Below, piece after piece: positions 1 through 9,232 of a DNA stretch of 64,000 bases. The stretch is from Candidatus Kaiserbacteria bacterium RIFCSPHIGHO2_01_FULL_53_29. Lineage in GTDB: Bacteria > Patescibacteriota > Minisyncoccia > Phycocordibacterales > UBA2100. Each line of letters opens with the position of its first letter. Position 1 is the first letter of the stretch. The stretch is taken from contig MFKT01000009.1 of assembly GCA_001781125.1 (NCBI GenBank), forward strand, positions 126,840 to 190,839, read 5' to 3'. The notes under the pieces were generated by a model. It saw only the letters and a program-made list of their open reading frames with translations. It was not told where the DNA came from and did not search any database. A program made the position numbers and the translations under genes.

Positions 1-877
1 CAAACAAGTGCCACGCGGAATTGTCGAGCTCAGCGCGCGGCGGAAGCTTGATGCCGGGCACGTCCGCGAGAAGCCTGAAGTAGCGCTTCGCCGCAGCTCG
101 ACGCTTCGCGATGAACCCGTCGAGCTTCTTCATCTGACTCACCCCGAGCGCCGCCTGAATGTCCGTAATCCGGTAATTATTACCAAGTACCTGCATTTCC
201 TGGTGCCATGCTGCTTTTGTTCTGTCTTTCAGTTTTTTTGCATCCCTTGTGAGACCGTGCGTGCGGAACATCCGCAGAAACTCATAGTAATTTTTATTAT
301 TGGTTACGATGGCACCGCCCTCGCCAGTCGTAATGGATTTTACCGGATGGAAGCTGAACATCGTCATGTCAGCCTGTGAGCCCACCGGCTTGCCGCGATA
401 TGTCGCGCCGAGGCTTTGTGCACCGTCCTCGATGAGAACAAGTCGGTGTCTTTTTGCGAGTGCACGGAACCCCGCGAGGTCGGTCGGTCGTCCCGCGTAA
501 TCGACGGGTACGATGGCTTTCGTGCGCTTGGTTATCTTTTTTTCTGCATCCCGCACATCCATATTCGCGGAGACTTCATCGATATCTGCGAACACGGGTC
601 GAGCATTGAGATACAGCGCGGCATTCCCCGTCGCGACAAAGGTCAGTGCCGGCATAATGACCTCATCTCCTTTCCCGATCCCCGCAGCGGCGTATGCCGC
701 ATGGAGCGCAGCGGTGCCTGACGAAAAGGCGATGCAGTAGTGAGCGCGTGTATAGTTCGCGAGCGAGTCCTCGAACTTCTTGACCGCCGGCCCCTGCGTC
801 AAGAACGCGGAGTGCAGCACCTTGGAGACGGCCCGCACGTCATCCTCGCCGATAGACTGGCGAGAATATGGTATCAT
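1..877 (-). CDS. DegT/DnrJ/EryC1-family PLP-dependent sugar aminotransferase (PseC/LegC-like); 3' end truncated by window edge
   Basis: Reverse-complement translation from ATG at 877: MIPYSRQSIGEDDVRAVSKVLHS... is a typical DegT/ArnB/PseC N-terminus. The ORF stays open to position 1. Its ATG overlaps the stop of the upstream dehydratase gene by 4 bp (ATGA). Confidence 0.8.
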   Translation of the reverse strand, partial: MIPYSRQSIGEDDVRAVSKVLHSAFLTQGPAVKKFEDSLANYTRAHYCIAFSSGTAALHAAYAAAGIGKGDEVIMPALTFVATGNAALYLNARPVFADIDEVSANMDVRDAEKKITKRTKAIVPVDYAGRPTDLAGFRALAKRHRLVLIEDGAQSLGATYRGKPVGSQADMTMFSFHPVKSITTGEGGAIVTNNKNYYEFLRMFRTHGLTRDAKKLKDRTKAAWHQEMQVLGNNYRITDIQAALGVSQMKKLDGFIAKRRAAAKRYFRLLADVPGIKLPPRAELDNSAWHLF

Positions 878-1857
878 ATCTTCAGTATCTTTTTCACGTG
901 CGTGCGCGAGAGGAGGAATTGCGGTGCGTTACTCACATATATGACGTTCTCCGGGAACGTCTTTGCTTTGGAGTAGTACGGTTTTGCGGTCCATGGGTGG
1001 AATTCCGGCACAACAACGAACATATCGCCGAGATCTTTGGTGCGGGGCGCTTCGTGCTCCGTAATGAGCACTTCGTGTAATTTCTCGCCCGGCCGCATGC
1101 CGATGGTCTTGATAGTGCACGTGGGTGCAAGCTCGCGCATGACGTCTTCCACCCGGAGGCTCGACATCTTCGGAACAAAAATCTCGCCGCCCTCCATAGA
1201 GCCGAGGATCTTGGTGACTAATTTCATGATGTCTTCAATGTGGAGCCAAAAGCGAGTCATGCGTCCGTCCGTGAGTGTGAGCGTTCCCGTCTGTTTTTGC
1301 TTTTCTATGAGCTCAACGAGCGAACCGCGGCTGCCGATGACATTACCGTAGCGCACCACACTGATGCGCGTCTTCCCGGTCCGACCGCGGTAGGAATTGG
1401 CGGCGATCGCGAGACGTTCCGCACACATCTTGGTCGCACCGTAGAGGTTGATGGGCTGCACGGCTTTGTCAGAGGAGATGACAAGAACGCGTTCAACGTT
1501 CCGATCGTGCGCGGCATCTATCACGTTCTTTGTGCCCATGATATTCGTCTCGATTGCCTCGGAGGGATTGTATTCGAGTGCCGGTACTTGCTTGAGTGCC
1601 GCCGCATGAATAACGACATCTACCTGATTAAAGGCGCGTATGAGGCGCGTACGGTCGCGTATATCACCGATAAAAAAGTCCACTCTTTTGTCCTTGAATT
1701 CGTGCGCCATTTCGCTTTGTTTATATTCGTCGCGGCTGAAAACGATGACCCGCTTTACTTTGGGCATTGAAAGGAGGTGCCGCACCATAGCGCGTCCGAA
1801 CGTCCCCGTACCGCCCGTAATGAGGACGATTTTGCCATTCAAGTAGGGAGCCGACAT
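874..1857 (-). CDS. UDP-N-acetylglucosamine 4,6-dehydratase (PseB/FlaA1/CapD family, short-chain dehydrogenase fold)
   Basis: ORF 874..1938. The likely start is the internal M at 1857 (MSAPYLNGKIVLITGGTGTFG, a Rossmann GxxGxxG motif); YGATK supplies the catalytic YxxxK. The length and motifs match PseB/PglF-type inverting dehydratases. Confidence 0.8.
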   Translation of the reverse strand: MSAPYLNGKIVLITGGTGTFGRAMVRHLLSMPKVKRVIVFSRDEYKQSEMAHEFKDKRVDFFIGDIRDRTRLIRAFNQVDVVIHAAALKQVPALEYNPSEAIETNIMGTKNVIDAAHDRNVERVLVISSDKAVQPINLYGATKMCAERLAIAANSYRGRTGKTRISVVRYGNVIGSRGSLVELIEKQKQTGTLTLTDGRMTRFWLHIEDIMKLVTKILGSMEGGEIFVPKMSSLRVEDVMRELAPTCTIKTIGMRPGEKLHEVLITEHEAPRTKDLGDMFVVVPEFHPWTAKPYYSKAKTFPENVIYVSNAPQFLLSRTHVKKILKI

Positions 1858-1938
1858 GCGAGCCACTCTATCGCTTTGAAGCGCGTGGGTCAACACTCCG
1901 CAAGTCTCGAAACGATCGTTCCGGGACGGACAATACAT

Positions 1939-3105
1939 TTATGATCGTGCCGTGAGCTGTGTTTCGATGGAATAATCTTGATACTTCTTGATCAGATTAC
2001 CGTCACTGTCCCGAAGCAAGTTCCCACGCTCATCCGTCATAAAGATCGCTTTATCGGTAAATGAGTCCATAACACTGTCAAATTCTGTCCGCGACATCCC
2101 AGAGTACGCCAGAAAATCGGTGATAGAAATCTTCGGCAACTTACCATCATATTTTTCCACAAGCGCAACTCCCTCCTCCCTGGTGATGCGCCCATTGCGG
2201 ATATCCAGGCAAACATGATCGGTCGCTCTTCCAAACCCGAACTTCACAAATTTAAGATAGTCATGAACACCCACTGTCGCTTCGTCAAGATTCTCATAAT
2301 TGGTATACGTGCCCTCAACGGCTCCATCCTCTTTTACTGAAAATCCATACTGTTGCATGAGTTCAACCTGCGGACGAGCATCCCATTTGAAATAGTAACC
2401 AAGAAAAACGCCTGTTATGCCCGCCGCGAGCAGTTCCTCATCAGTCGGATATTTATATCCTATTAAATCCTGCTGGGTGATGCCCCCAACTCCGACCATG
2501 TCATCAACGCGTAATCCGAGAAGGCCGCCAAACTCTTCAAGCCAGCGGCGATCGAGCGTGTTTTTCATGCGAGCGGCTTTTGGCCCGCCGTACTCAAGTT
2601 GAGAATTTTCCCCCCATAGTATAAGGGGAATTTTGTATGCAACCGCCACACGTATCGGAAAGGTAAAGATACCTATGTGGTTAGGCCATTCGTTGTCGCC
2701 AACGCGACGAAACCCTTCGAGCACCATCTTTTTATAAACGTCCGGATTCTTCTTTAGTTCGAGCACGTTGCCAAACCGGCGGATATTCTCCAAATTCTTG
2801 CGTCCGAGCTCCGTGCGCATAGTCGGCTCAAAGTGCACCAAAAGCGGATTAAGTCCATATTGCCGGGCCATATACACCTGGTAGTGACTGTCCTTGCCTC
2901 CGCTTACGGGAATGATGCAGTCGTATTTCAAACCGTCCTTGTTGTTAAATCTCTCAACCAGTTTTTTAAACTCCTCCTCCCGAGCTTTCCAGTCGATGGC
3001 ATTTTTGAGACCCGCGGAGTGGCACGCATCGCACACACCATCTTTGTCAAAAGCAAGATCGGGCTTCGTGTTCGGCATTACGCAGCGCGTGCAATAGCGG
3101 AACAT
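1939..3105 (-). CDS. N-acetyl sugar amidotransferase (WbpG/PseA/WbuX family, PP-loop ATP pyrophosphatase)
   Basis: 388 aa with the PP-loop SGGKDS motif (IIPVSGGKDSHYQ). The family normally works with adjacent HisH/HisF paralogs to make acetamidino sugars, and both paralogs are directly downstream here. Confidence 0.8.
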   Translation of the reverse strand: MFRYCTRCVMPNTKPDLAFDKDGVCDACHSAGLKNAIDWKAREEEFKKLVERFNNKDGLKYDCIIPVSGGKDSHYQVYMARQYGLNPLLVHFEPTMRTELGRKNLENIRRFGNVLELKKNPDVYKKMVLEGFRRVGDNEWPNHIGIFTFPIRVAVAYKIPLILWGENSQLEYGGPKAARMKNTLDRRWLEEFGGLLGLRVDDMVGVGGITQQDLIGYKYPTDEELLAAGITGVFLGYYFKWDARPQVELMQQYGFSVKEDGAVEGTYTNYENLDEATVGVHDYLKFVKFGFGRATDHVCLDIRNGRITREEGVALVEKYDGKLPKISITDFLAYSGMSRTEFDSVMDSFTDKAIFMTDERGNLLRDSDGNLIKKYQDYSIETQLTARS

Positions 3106-3108
3106 ACG

Positions 3109-3801
3109 TTATGCAGTCTTTTCCAATAAATACATCTGGCTCACATTCACCCCAGCGGTCATTGCGTACTTCTTCTCTTTTATTACGCGTAGTCCGGGGA
3201 ACGAGTCCAGAAACATTTTGCAAAAGTCCGCCTTCCATAAGAGGTTTTTGTTTCCGCGGTATACCACCTCGGTGTGCGCGGGCGCATAATATTCAAACCC
3301 CCAGATATAACGGCGCGATACGCGATGCATCTCCCTCATGATGTCTTGTATATCAGCCGGCGAAATATGGATAAGCACACCGGAGGTGAATACAAGGTCA
3401 TATGACGCATCGTCAAACGGCAGAGCGAATCCGGATCCCTGCAAGACCCTCACTTCGGGGTGGATCTTCTTCGCCTGTGCAACGGCATGTTCATTGATAT
3501 CAATGCCGGTAAGGTCCGGGAAACCCATGCGTCTCAAAAGCTCAAGCTCGAGACCGATATTCGCTCCCACCTCAAGAACGTTCATCTTTTTCTCCACCCC
3601 GCCCAAAAATTCATCATTCATCGAAGTGCGGGTTACGCCATAATCTTTGAGATATACGCGATCGAACTCTTCGACTGACTGCGGATTGCGATCGGTGTAG
3701 AGCTTTCCCATTTCCCCCGCCCATTCAGAGAGTTGTGTCGTCTCTTTACCGTTTGTCATCCACCGAATACTACCCGATTCTAGCCGGAATTCCAGCATCA
3801 C
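3109..3801 (-). CDS. Class I SAM-dependent methyltransferase (pseudaminic-acid-biosynthesis-associated methylase type)
   Basis: 230 aa. [15 protein letters not shown] is a SAM-binding motif I, followed by [12 protein letters not shown] (motif II/III). The start may be the internal M at about 3759, which would remove the 32-bp overlap with the next gene. Confidence 0.65.
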   Translation of the reverse strand: MMLEFRLESGSIRWMTNGKETTQLSEWAGEMGKLYTDRNPQSVEEFDRVYLKDYGVTRTSMNDEFLGGVEKKMNVLEVGANIGLELELLRRMGFPDLTGIDINEHAVAQAKKIHPEVRVLQGSGFALPFDDASYDLVFTSGVLIHISPADIQDIMREMHRVSRRYIWGFEYYAPAHTEVVYRGNKNLLWKADFCKMFLDSFPGLRVIKEKKYAMTAGVNVSQMYLLEKTA

Positions 3802-4519
3802 TCAGCGCCTTTTTTATGATCTGTGGAGTTATCTGCGTATACTGGAAAATGCTGGCAGCAGAAACTGCAGATGCGCCTGCTTGTACTGCCCGAACACAAT
3901 CATCCGGAGTCCCCGCTCCACCAAGAGCTACCACCGGGATCCGGACGGCGCGGGTAACGTACGTGATCAACTCCGTATCATATCCCTCCATCATTCCGTC
4001 ACGGTCGATTGCATTCAAAAGAATCTCCCCCGCGCCACGTTTTTCCGCCTCTTGTGCCCATTCTCTTACTTCCTTCCCTGTTTCTTTGCGCCCCCCCTCG
4101 GAGAATATGTGGTATCGTGCATCTATCTTCCTGACATCGATCGAGACGACCATGCACTGACTCCCGTATCGTTTTGCAGCCGCATCAATAAGGCCGGGCT
4201 CTTCCAGTGCGGCGCTGTTGATGGCAACCTTATCCGCCCCAAGAGAAAGTAGTCGTTGAACATCTGCAATCGTCTTTACGCCCCCGCCGAGGGTCACGGG
4301 CATGAAGCACTCCTTGGTAACTTCCGCCACCAGCCGGCCTTCTATACCGTGCTCGCGCGCGTCAAGATCGAGAAAAATCAGTTCGTCAACATCGCGAGCG
4401 TTAAAGACCCTGACAGCGGCGATGTAGTTGCCGATGTTACGGTAATCTTGGAATTTTATACTTTTCACGAGTCGCTGATCTTTGACCGTAAGGCATGGAA
4501 TGACGCGTGTTTTAAGCAT
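3770..4519 (-). CDS. HisF-like imidazole-glycerol-phosphate-synthase cyclase subunit paralog (WbuZ type)
   Basis: 249 aa. [15 protein letters not shown]...LIFLDLDA...VSIDVR...[15 protein letters not shown] are HisF (beta/alpha)8-barrel signatures. It sits in a glycan cluster rather than a his operon. Confidence 0.85.
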   Translation of the reverse strand: MLKTRVIPCLTVKDQRLVKSIKFQDYRNIGNYIAAVRVFNARDVDELIFLDLDAREHGIEGRLVAEVTKECFMPVTLGGGVKTIADVQRLLSLGADKVAINSAALEEPGLIDAAAKRYGSQCMVVSIDVRKIDARYHIFSEGGRKETGKEVREWAQEAEKRGAGEILLNAIDRDGMMEGYDTELITYVTRAVRIPVVALGGAGTPDDCVRAVQAGASAVSAASIFQYTQITPQIIKKALSDAGIPARIG

Positions 4520-4529
4520 ACGGAGTGCT

Positions 4530-5135
4530 TCACATGTTGATGAAATTCCTCAGAAGTTGTTGCCCGCTCTTTTGACTTTTCTCGGGATGAAATTGTACTC
4601 CGAAAATATTGTCCCTTTGCACGGCTGCGGCAAATTGCGCACCGTACTCGCATGTACCGATTATGTGCCTCATGTCCGTCGGCTCCACTACATAGGAATG
4701 CACGAAGTAGAAGTCGCGTCCATCGATATTCGCAAACAGAGGATGATCTCCGAATGTCACGTCATTCCACCCGATGTGTGGCAGGCGGTACATGGATTCA
4801 TCAACACGCAATCTACGCGTTGTCCCCGCAACCCAGCCGAGTCCTGCGGCACCTGTTCCCTCTTCTCCCCTGTCCGTGAGAAGCTGCATGCCCAGACAAA
4901 TCCCCAAAAATGGTTTCTTTGTTTTTTGTACTTCATGAGTAAGTGCCTTGATTACTCCACTTTTGCGCAGACCGTCCATGCCATCTTCAAAAGCACCCAC
5001 CCCGGGGAAAATAATATGCGTTGCGTGTGCAAAATCTTCTGGATTTTTGGTCAGGACACTTGAGGCACCCAAGAGCGCGAGCGTGTTCGCAACAGAGCGT
5101 ACATTGCCCACTCCGTAGTCGACAATTGCGATCAT
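4530..5135 (-). CDS. HisH-like class I glutamine amidotransferase paralog (WbuY type)
   Basis: 201 aa. IAIVDYGVGN opens the protein, GICLGMQLL carries the catalytic Cys, and FGVQFHPE carries the His/Glu. Confidence 0.85.
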   Translation of the reverse strand: MIAIVDYGVGNVRSVANTLALLGASSVLTKNPEDFAHATHIIFPGVGAFEDGMDGLRKSGVIKALTHEVQKTKKPFLGICLGMQLLTDRGEEGTGAAGLGWVAGTTRRLRVDESMYRLPHIGWNDVTFGDHPLFANIDGRDFYFVHSYVVEPTDMRHIIGTCEYGAQFAAAVQRDNIFGVQFHPEKSQKSGQQLLRNFINM

Positions 5136-5923
5136 ACGTTGATTCTCTTTTGATGATCCGCATCACGGAAGGCGTTTATCGCAACGACCTTGGGATGTTC
5201 GTCGAGGTAGCGCAACACTTTCGGCACGTTCACAATCGTGCCCTCAGCATAAAACTTATTATACAAGTGTTCGAGTAGTTCATAATCTTCGGCATAATCA
5301 AGTGTGAGACGGTACGGCCGGCGATACTCTGAGGGCGCTTCGATTATTGGCCCTATCGAAAATAGATTCCCTTCATTTTTCCAAATAAACGGCGTTACGT
5401 GTTCGCGCTGGTACTGTTCCCATGCCTCTTTGCACGAACGTTCAAGAGCAGCGGTGGTAAATACCTCAACATCCAGGCCGCGCGGAAATGTGCGTCCTCC
5501 CGTTGTGCAGTTAGTTATATAATCGTATGAGCCTTCTTTAAACTTCTCGATACAGAGTTCGGTTATCTTCGGGTCAATAAGCGGGCAGTCACTCGTTATG
5601 CGCACAATGGTGTCCACGCCGTACATGCGTGCCGCGCCAAGATAGCGCGAGAGAACGTCATCGGGTGAACCGCGAAATACTGCTATCTCACTCGCCCTGC
5701 ATACGTTCTCAACGACATCGTCGCTCACATCAGTTGATGTGGCCACTATTATTTTTTCGATTGCCGTTGCCATTCTCACGCGCTCGACGATGTGCCGGAG
5801 TACCGGTTTACCCGAAAGATCAAGAAGTACTTTCCCCGGCAACCGGGTCGAGCTCATTCGCGCTTGTATGATCGCCGCAATCATACCTGCCACTATAGCT
5901 TGTAAGAAAGCCCGAGGGAACAC
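5132..5923 (-). CDS. Acylneuraminate/pseudaminate cytidylyltransferase family (CMP-nonulosonic acid synthetase, PseF/NeuA-like)
   Basis: AIIQARMSSTRLPGKVL is the canonical CMP-sugar synthetase N-terminus. The probable start is an internal Met near 5884. Confidence 0.75.
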   Translation of the reverse strand: MFPRAFLQAIVAGMIAAIIQARMSSTRLPGKVLLDLSGKPVLRHIVERVRMATAIEKIIVATSTDVSDDVVENVCRASEIAVFRGSPDDVLSRYLGAARMYGVDTIVRITSDCPLIDPKITELCIEKFKEGSYDYITNCTTGGRTFPRGLDVEVFTTAALERSCKEAWEQYQREHVTPFIWKNEGNLFSIGPIIEAPSEYRRPYRLTLDYAEDYELLEHLYNKFYAEGTIVNVPKVLRYLDEHPKVVAINAFRDADHQKRINV

Positions 5924-5968
5924 CTATTCTATCGGGCGCCCCCTCTTCAGCCTCTCGACATGGCGCGA

Positions 5969-7420
5969 CTACGGCACATGATGCTTGATTTGAACATTGG
6001 GATTGTGCAACTCCTTCAAAATGAATTGGGCGATGGTTGTAGCGCTTTCCTCAGGTGTAACAGCGTTCTTCGGATCACGTGATTGGAATATATTTGAGCG
6101 TATGGATACCTGCTCGAACGCTTTTAGAAAAGCTGCCATGTTGCTTTCGTGCCGAGCAGGTGCCTGTACATTTGTTAGAGCGCGGGTACATTCATCAACG
6201 CTTCGAACACCATGGACCCCGGGACAATCCCGGTACCAGCACCATCCGAACACCAACGGCAGCTTATCCCGAAGAAGCGCTTCCCAGCCGGCCGTACCGG
6301 TGATGACCGCCACCGTCTTGCAGTGTTCGATGAGTTCATACGAGTTCGTCCCGATCGGAACGACGCGAACTCCGGAGATTCGCGCAAGTTGTTCGTAGTA
6401 TCCCCTCCAACGCACGCAATTATATTGCGACTTATTGCGAAGGAGCCATTGCGATGGGTGTTCCTTAACGTATATTTCCCATCCCCTCGGAAGCGCCGCC
6501 GAGAGCGTCTCAACGGCTAACAATTGATCATGGAACACGCCGCCCTGAGGGCTAGAAGTTCGTTCAGGCTGGAATTGCAGAGGAAAATACACGTAGGCCC
6601 TGGAAAAATCGGCCGCTTTCGTGACTCGCCCATATTCACTTGTAAGGTTACCTTTGGATTGACGCGCGAGGTATGTGAAAACGAGGCGGAACGTTGAACC
6701 GTTCGATACGGAACGTAGTAAAGCGCGAACACGGATTTTCCACAACGTTCGACCGCTTACGCGATCCTCCAGTTCCCTTTGAAACCATGGCTTCGATATA
6801 TTTCTCTTTGAGCCCCGGTTCTCTTCCCAATAATCACGCATCTCCTTACTCAGATCTCCGGGCATGACGCCACGGGAGAGGTTGTATGCAAGGGCTGCCT
6901 GCAGCGCACCGTTACTCTTCCTGAAATCGCGGTATGAAATAAGACGACCGTCGAAGACGGTCTCTTCGAACATCAGAGTCGGAATTTTATTTTCCTGCGC
7001 AAGTTCAAATAAAATATAATTGTACAGGCTATGCGGAACTATCGGAAAAAGAATCGCCTCAGGCTGTACTGTTTTTAAAACATGTCTCCAATATGCCAGC
7101 ATTGTGTAGTAGGTATGTTTCCGCTGATCTACTGCCGCGGGGTCAAAATGTTTGTTCATCATCGTAAGGATCATGGACTCGAGACGAAAGCTCTCCTCTA
7201 TTTCTTTTGCGGACAGCGGCGGGATATTCACATCTGCCAGTGCCGGAGCGGGTTTTCCGTCCCATGCGTCGTAGTGGTCGTGGTAGATCGAGCCCGTCGG
7301 ATTACAGTGCTCGGTTCTGTCGCCAACAAAGTATACGATCTTGAGACCGCCCTTTTCGAGCCCTTCGATAAGCGGGACCATCTCTTGCTCCGGGCGCGGC
7401 CATATGAGCATCGTCCTCAT
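5969..7420 (-). CDS. Capsule_synth (KpsS/KpsC-like) family protein; putative CMP-2-keto-3-deoxy-sugar (nonulosonate) transferase
   Basis: 483 aa. The C-terminal VAVITGTAGWEALLRDKLPLVFGWCWY resembles the conserved ...VITxNSTxGxEALLxGKPVxxxG motif of KpsS/KpsC beta-Kdo transferases. The gene lies inside the CMP-nonulosonate locus. The family call is tentative. Confidence 0.4.
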   Translation of the reverse strand: MRTMLIWPRPEQEMVPLIEGLEKGGLKIVYFVGDRTEHCNPTGSIYHDHYDAWDGKPAPALADVNIPPLSAKEIEESFRLESMILTMMNKHFDPAAVDQRKHTYYTMLAYWRHVLKTVQPEAILFPIVPHSLYNYILFELAQENKIPTLMFEETVFDGRLISYRDFRKSNGALQAALAYNLSRGVMPGDLSKEMRDYWEENRGSKRNISKPWFQRELEDRVSGRTLWKIRVRALLRSVSNGSTFRLVFTYLARQSKGNLTSEYGRVTKAADFSRAYVYFPLQFQPERTSSPQGGVFHDQLLAVETLSAALPRGWEIYVKEHPSQWLLRNKSQYNCVRWRGYYEQLARISGVRVVPIGTNSYELIEHCKTVAVITGTAGWEALLRDKLPLVFGWCWYRDCPGVHGVRSVDECTRALTNVQAPARHESNMAAFLKAFEQVSIRSNIFQSRDPKNAVTPEESATTIAQFILKELHNPNVQIKHHVP

Positions 7421-7421
7421 A

Positions 7422-8411
7422 TTAGGCGTAGTCGATAGCTTCCAAGAGCTGTTTCAAAAGTCTGGAATTGCTTTCTATGGTATTGAGCGGTTTCGCTTCA
7501 CCTTTCAAACACTTGAAGAAGTGGAATGAGTCGTCCACGTACATCTGCTCGGCCCAGGTCGTTGTGATATCGTTCTCGAAATCAACTTTCTCGCCCGACT
7601 CATCAAATTCCGTCCATTTTCCCGACCGCCGATCGTAATATTTCACGATCGCGGCTTTGTAATCCCACACGATGACACCATTCTCACTGATCAGTTTGGT
7701 CGCTCTGCCGTAAGGAGTCTGGAGCATGTCGGTATGGAGCACGATTTGCGGACCCGATTTGAATTCGAGAATGAAATCAATGATGTCGTACGTGTTTATC
7801 TCAAGACTCGATTTTTTCCCATACACACAATTCATTTTTTGGATGTCGCCAAAGATATCGACCAACCAATCAAGGTCGCATATGGCATCGAGGCCGCCGC
7901 CCATTTCCTTTTTGGACGGATAATAATCGATATAGGGCTCATAGGGGTGCCAATCGGGCAAATATTCGCCCACCTCGGCTATCCCCGAGAGGATCGGTCC
8001 AATCGCATTCTCTCGGACAAGCTCTTTTATCCTTTGAGTGGCCTTCAGGAACCTGACGTTGCAACTCACATTTGCGACTAAGTTTTTCTTCCCCACTTCT
8101 TTCTGCAGGGCGTCTAGACCTTTCGTGCTGTGCCAAACGGGATTTTCCACCATGAAATTCCAGCCCTTATTCACGGCGAGCTTCATATAATAATAATGCT
8201 CGGCCGGCGGTACACAGATGAAAAGGGCGTCGAACGACGAACCCTCAAAGGCTTCCTGGCTCGGGGCCGTTCGTATGCCAAACCTCCCCCCGACGTCTTT
8301 CCTTCGATCTGCCCTGATATCCCAGCCGGTAATATCGGTGTACCCGTACATCTGCGAATGAGCGATGCGACGCCGGCCCATCGAACCGTTTCCCACAACG
8401 CCAATTTTCAT
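7422..8411 (-). CDS. Gfo/Idh/MocA-family NAD(P)-dependent oxidoreductase
   Basis: MKIGVVGNGSMGRR is an N-terminal Rossmann motif; the protein is 329 aa with the typical GFO_IDH_MocA layout. Confidence 0.75.
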   Translation of the reverse strand: MKIGVVGNGSMGRRRIAHSQMYGYTDITGWDIRADRRKDVGGRFGIRTAPSQEAFEGSSFDALFICVPPAEHYYYMKLAVNKGWNFMVENPVWHSTKGLDALQKEVGKKNLVANVSCNVRFLKATQRIKELVRENAIGPILSGIAEVGEYLPDWHPYEPYIDYYPSKKEMGGGLDAICDLDWLVDIFGDIQKMNCVYGKKSSLEINTYDIIDFILEFKSGPQIVLHTDMLQTPYGRATKLISENGVIVWDYKAAIVKYYDRRSGKWTEFDESGEKVDFENDITTTWAEQMYVDDSFHFFKCLKGEAKPLNTIESNSRLLKQLLEAIDYA

Positions 8412-9232
8412 ACTGAAGGTTTCGTTAGTCCTAATTCCCGATACGCACCCACGACATCGTTGAATCGGAATGGATGGTCTTTCTTCTGCAACTGCAAATG
8501 CTCAATGATCTTTCGATTCCGATCAAGGTCGTCCGGGGTATCTATCGAAAGATAGACATCCGAGAAGTCCACGCCTTTCGATTCGATCGCGATGGCGGGA
8601 AACTTTTCTTCATGCTCGCGGATATACGGCGTCACGTGCTCTCTTTGGGATTCCGTGGTTGCATTGCGATAAGCATCTTGGAGAGACGCGAAATCAAAAA
8701 GCTCGAAATAAAGGCCGTAGGGAAAACCCGGCTTGAAGCTGTTGGACATCAATTTATAGTACGGATATGTGGAATCAAAAAAAGTGACCATGGCGTCGAC
8801 GATGTACGGGTCCATAAAGATATCGTCGGCGGTAATCCGTATGATGATATCGGAATCAACGGCGCCTAATGACCGCGCCGCTTCGTAAAACCGCTCAAGT
8901 ACGTTCTGTTCGCTGCCGCGGAAACATTTGACCGGATACTCCCGAGCGAACTCAAAAAGTACGTCATCGCTCTCATCTGTAGTAGTCGCCACAATAGTAT
9001 CGGTGATCTCCTTGGAGTGCCGAATATTTTCAAGAAGATGCCAGAGAGTCGGCTTTCCGGAGATCTCCATAAGAGTTTTCCCCGGCAATCTTGTGGAACC
9101 CATTCTGGCCTGAATGATCGCGATCTTCTTTTTCACCTCATGAGCATACACCATAAGAAAATCGCGGACTATCGTTGCCGATTCACTGCGATATCGTATA
9201 CACCTTATAGAAATATGAGCCGGTATTGGCAA
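8408..9232 (-). CDS. Second cytidylyltransferase (acylneuraminate cytidylyltransferase / SpsF-like)
   Basis: KIAIIQARMGSTRLPGKTL motif. The likely start is the internal MVYAHEVKKK at about 9154. It is a paralog of the CDS at 5132..5923. Confidence 0.7.
   Translation of the reverse strand: MPIPAHISIRCIRYRSESATIVRDFLMVYAHEVKKKIAIIQARMGSTRLPGKTLMEISGKPTLWHLLENIRHSKEITDTIVATTTDESDDVLFEFAREYPVKCFRGSEQNVLERFYEAARSLGAVDSDIIIRITADDIFMDPYIVDAMVTFFDSTYPYYKLMSNSFKPGFPYGLYFELFDFASLQDAYRNATTESQREHVTPYIREHEEKFPAIAIESKGVDFSDVYLSIDTPDDLDRNRKIIEHLQLQKKDHPFRFNDVVGAYRELGLTKPSV

Noticed and set aside
8-976. Plus-strand ORFs (8..379, 300..500, 416..721, 513..740, 740..976)
   Set aside because: All lie antisense to a clean DegT aminotransferase reading frame on the minus strand. 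They have no motifs and are short and overlapping.
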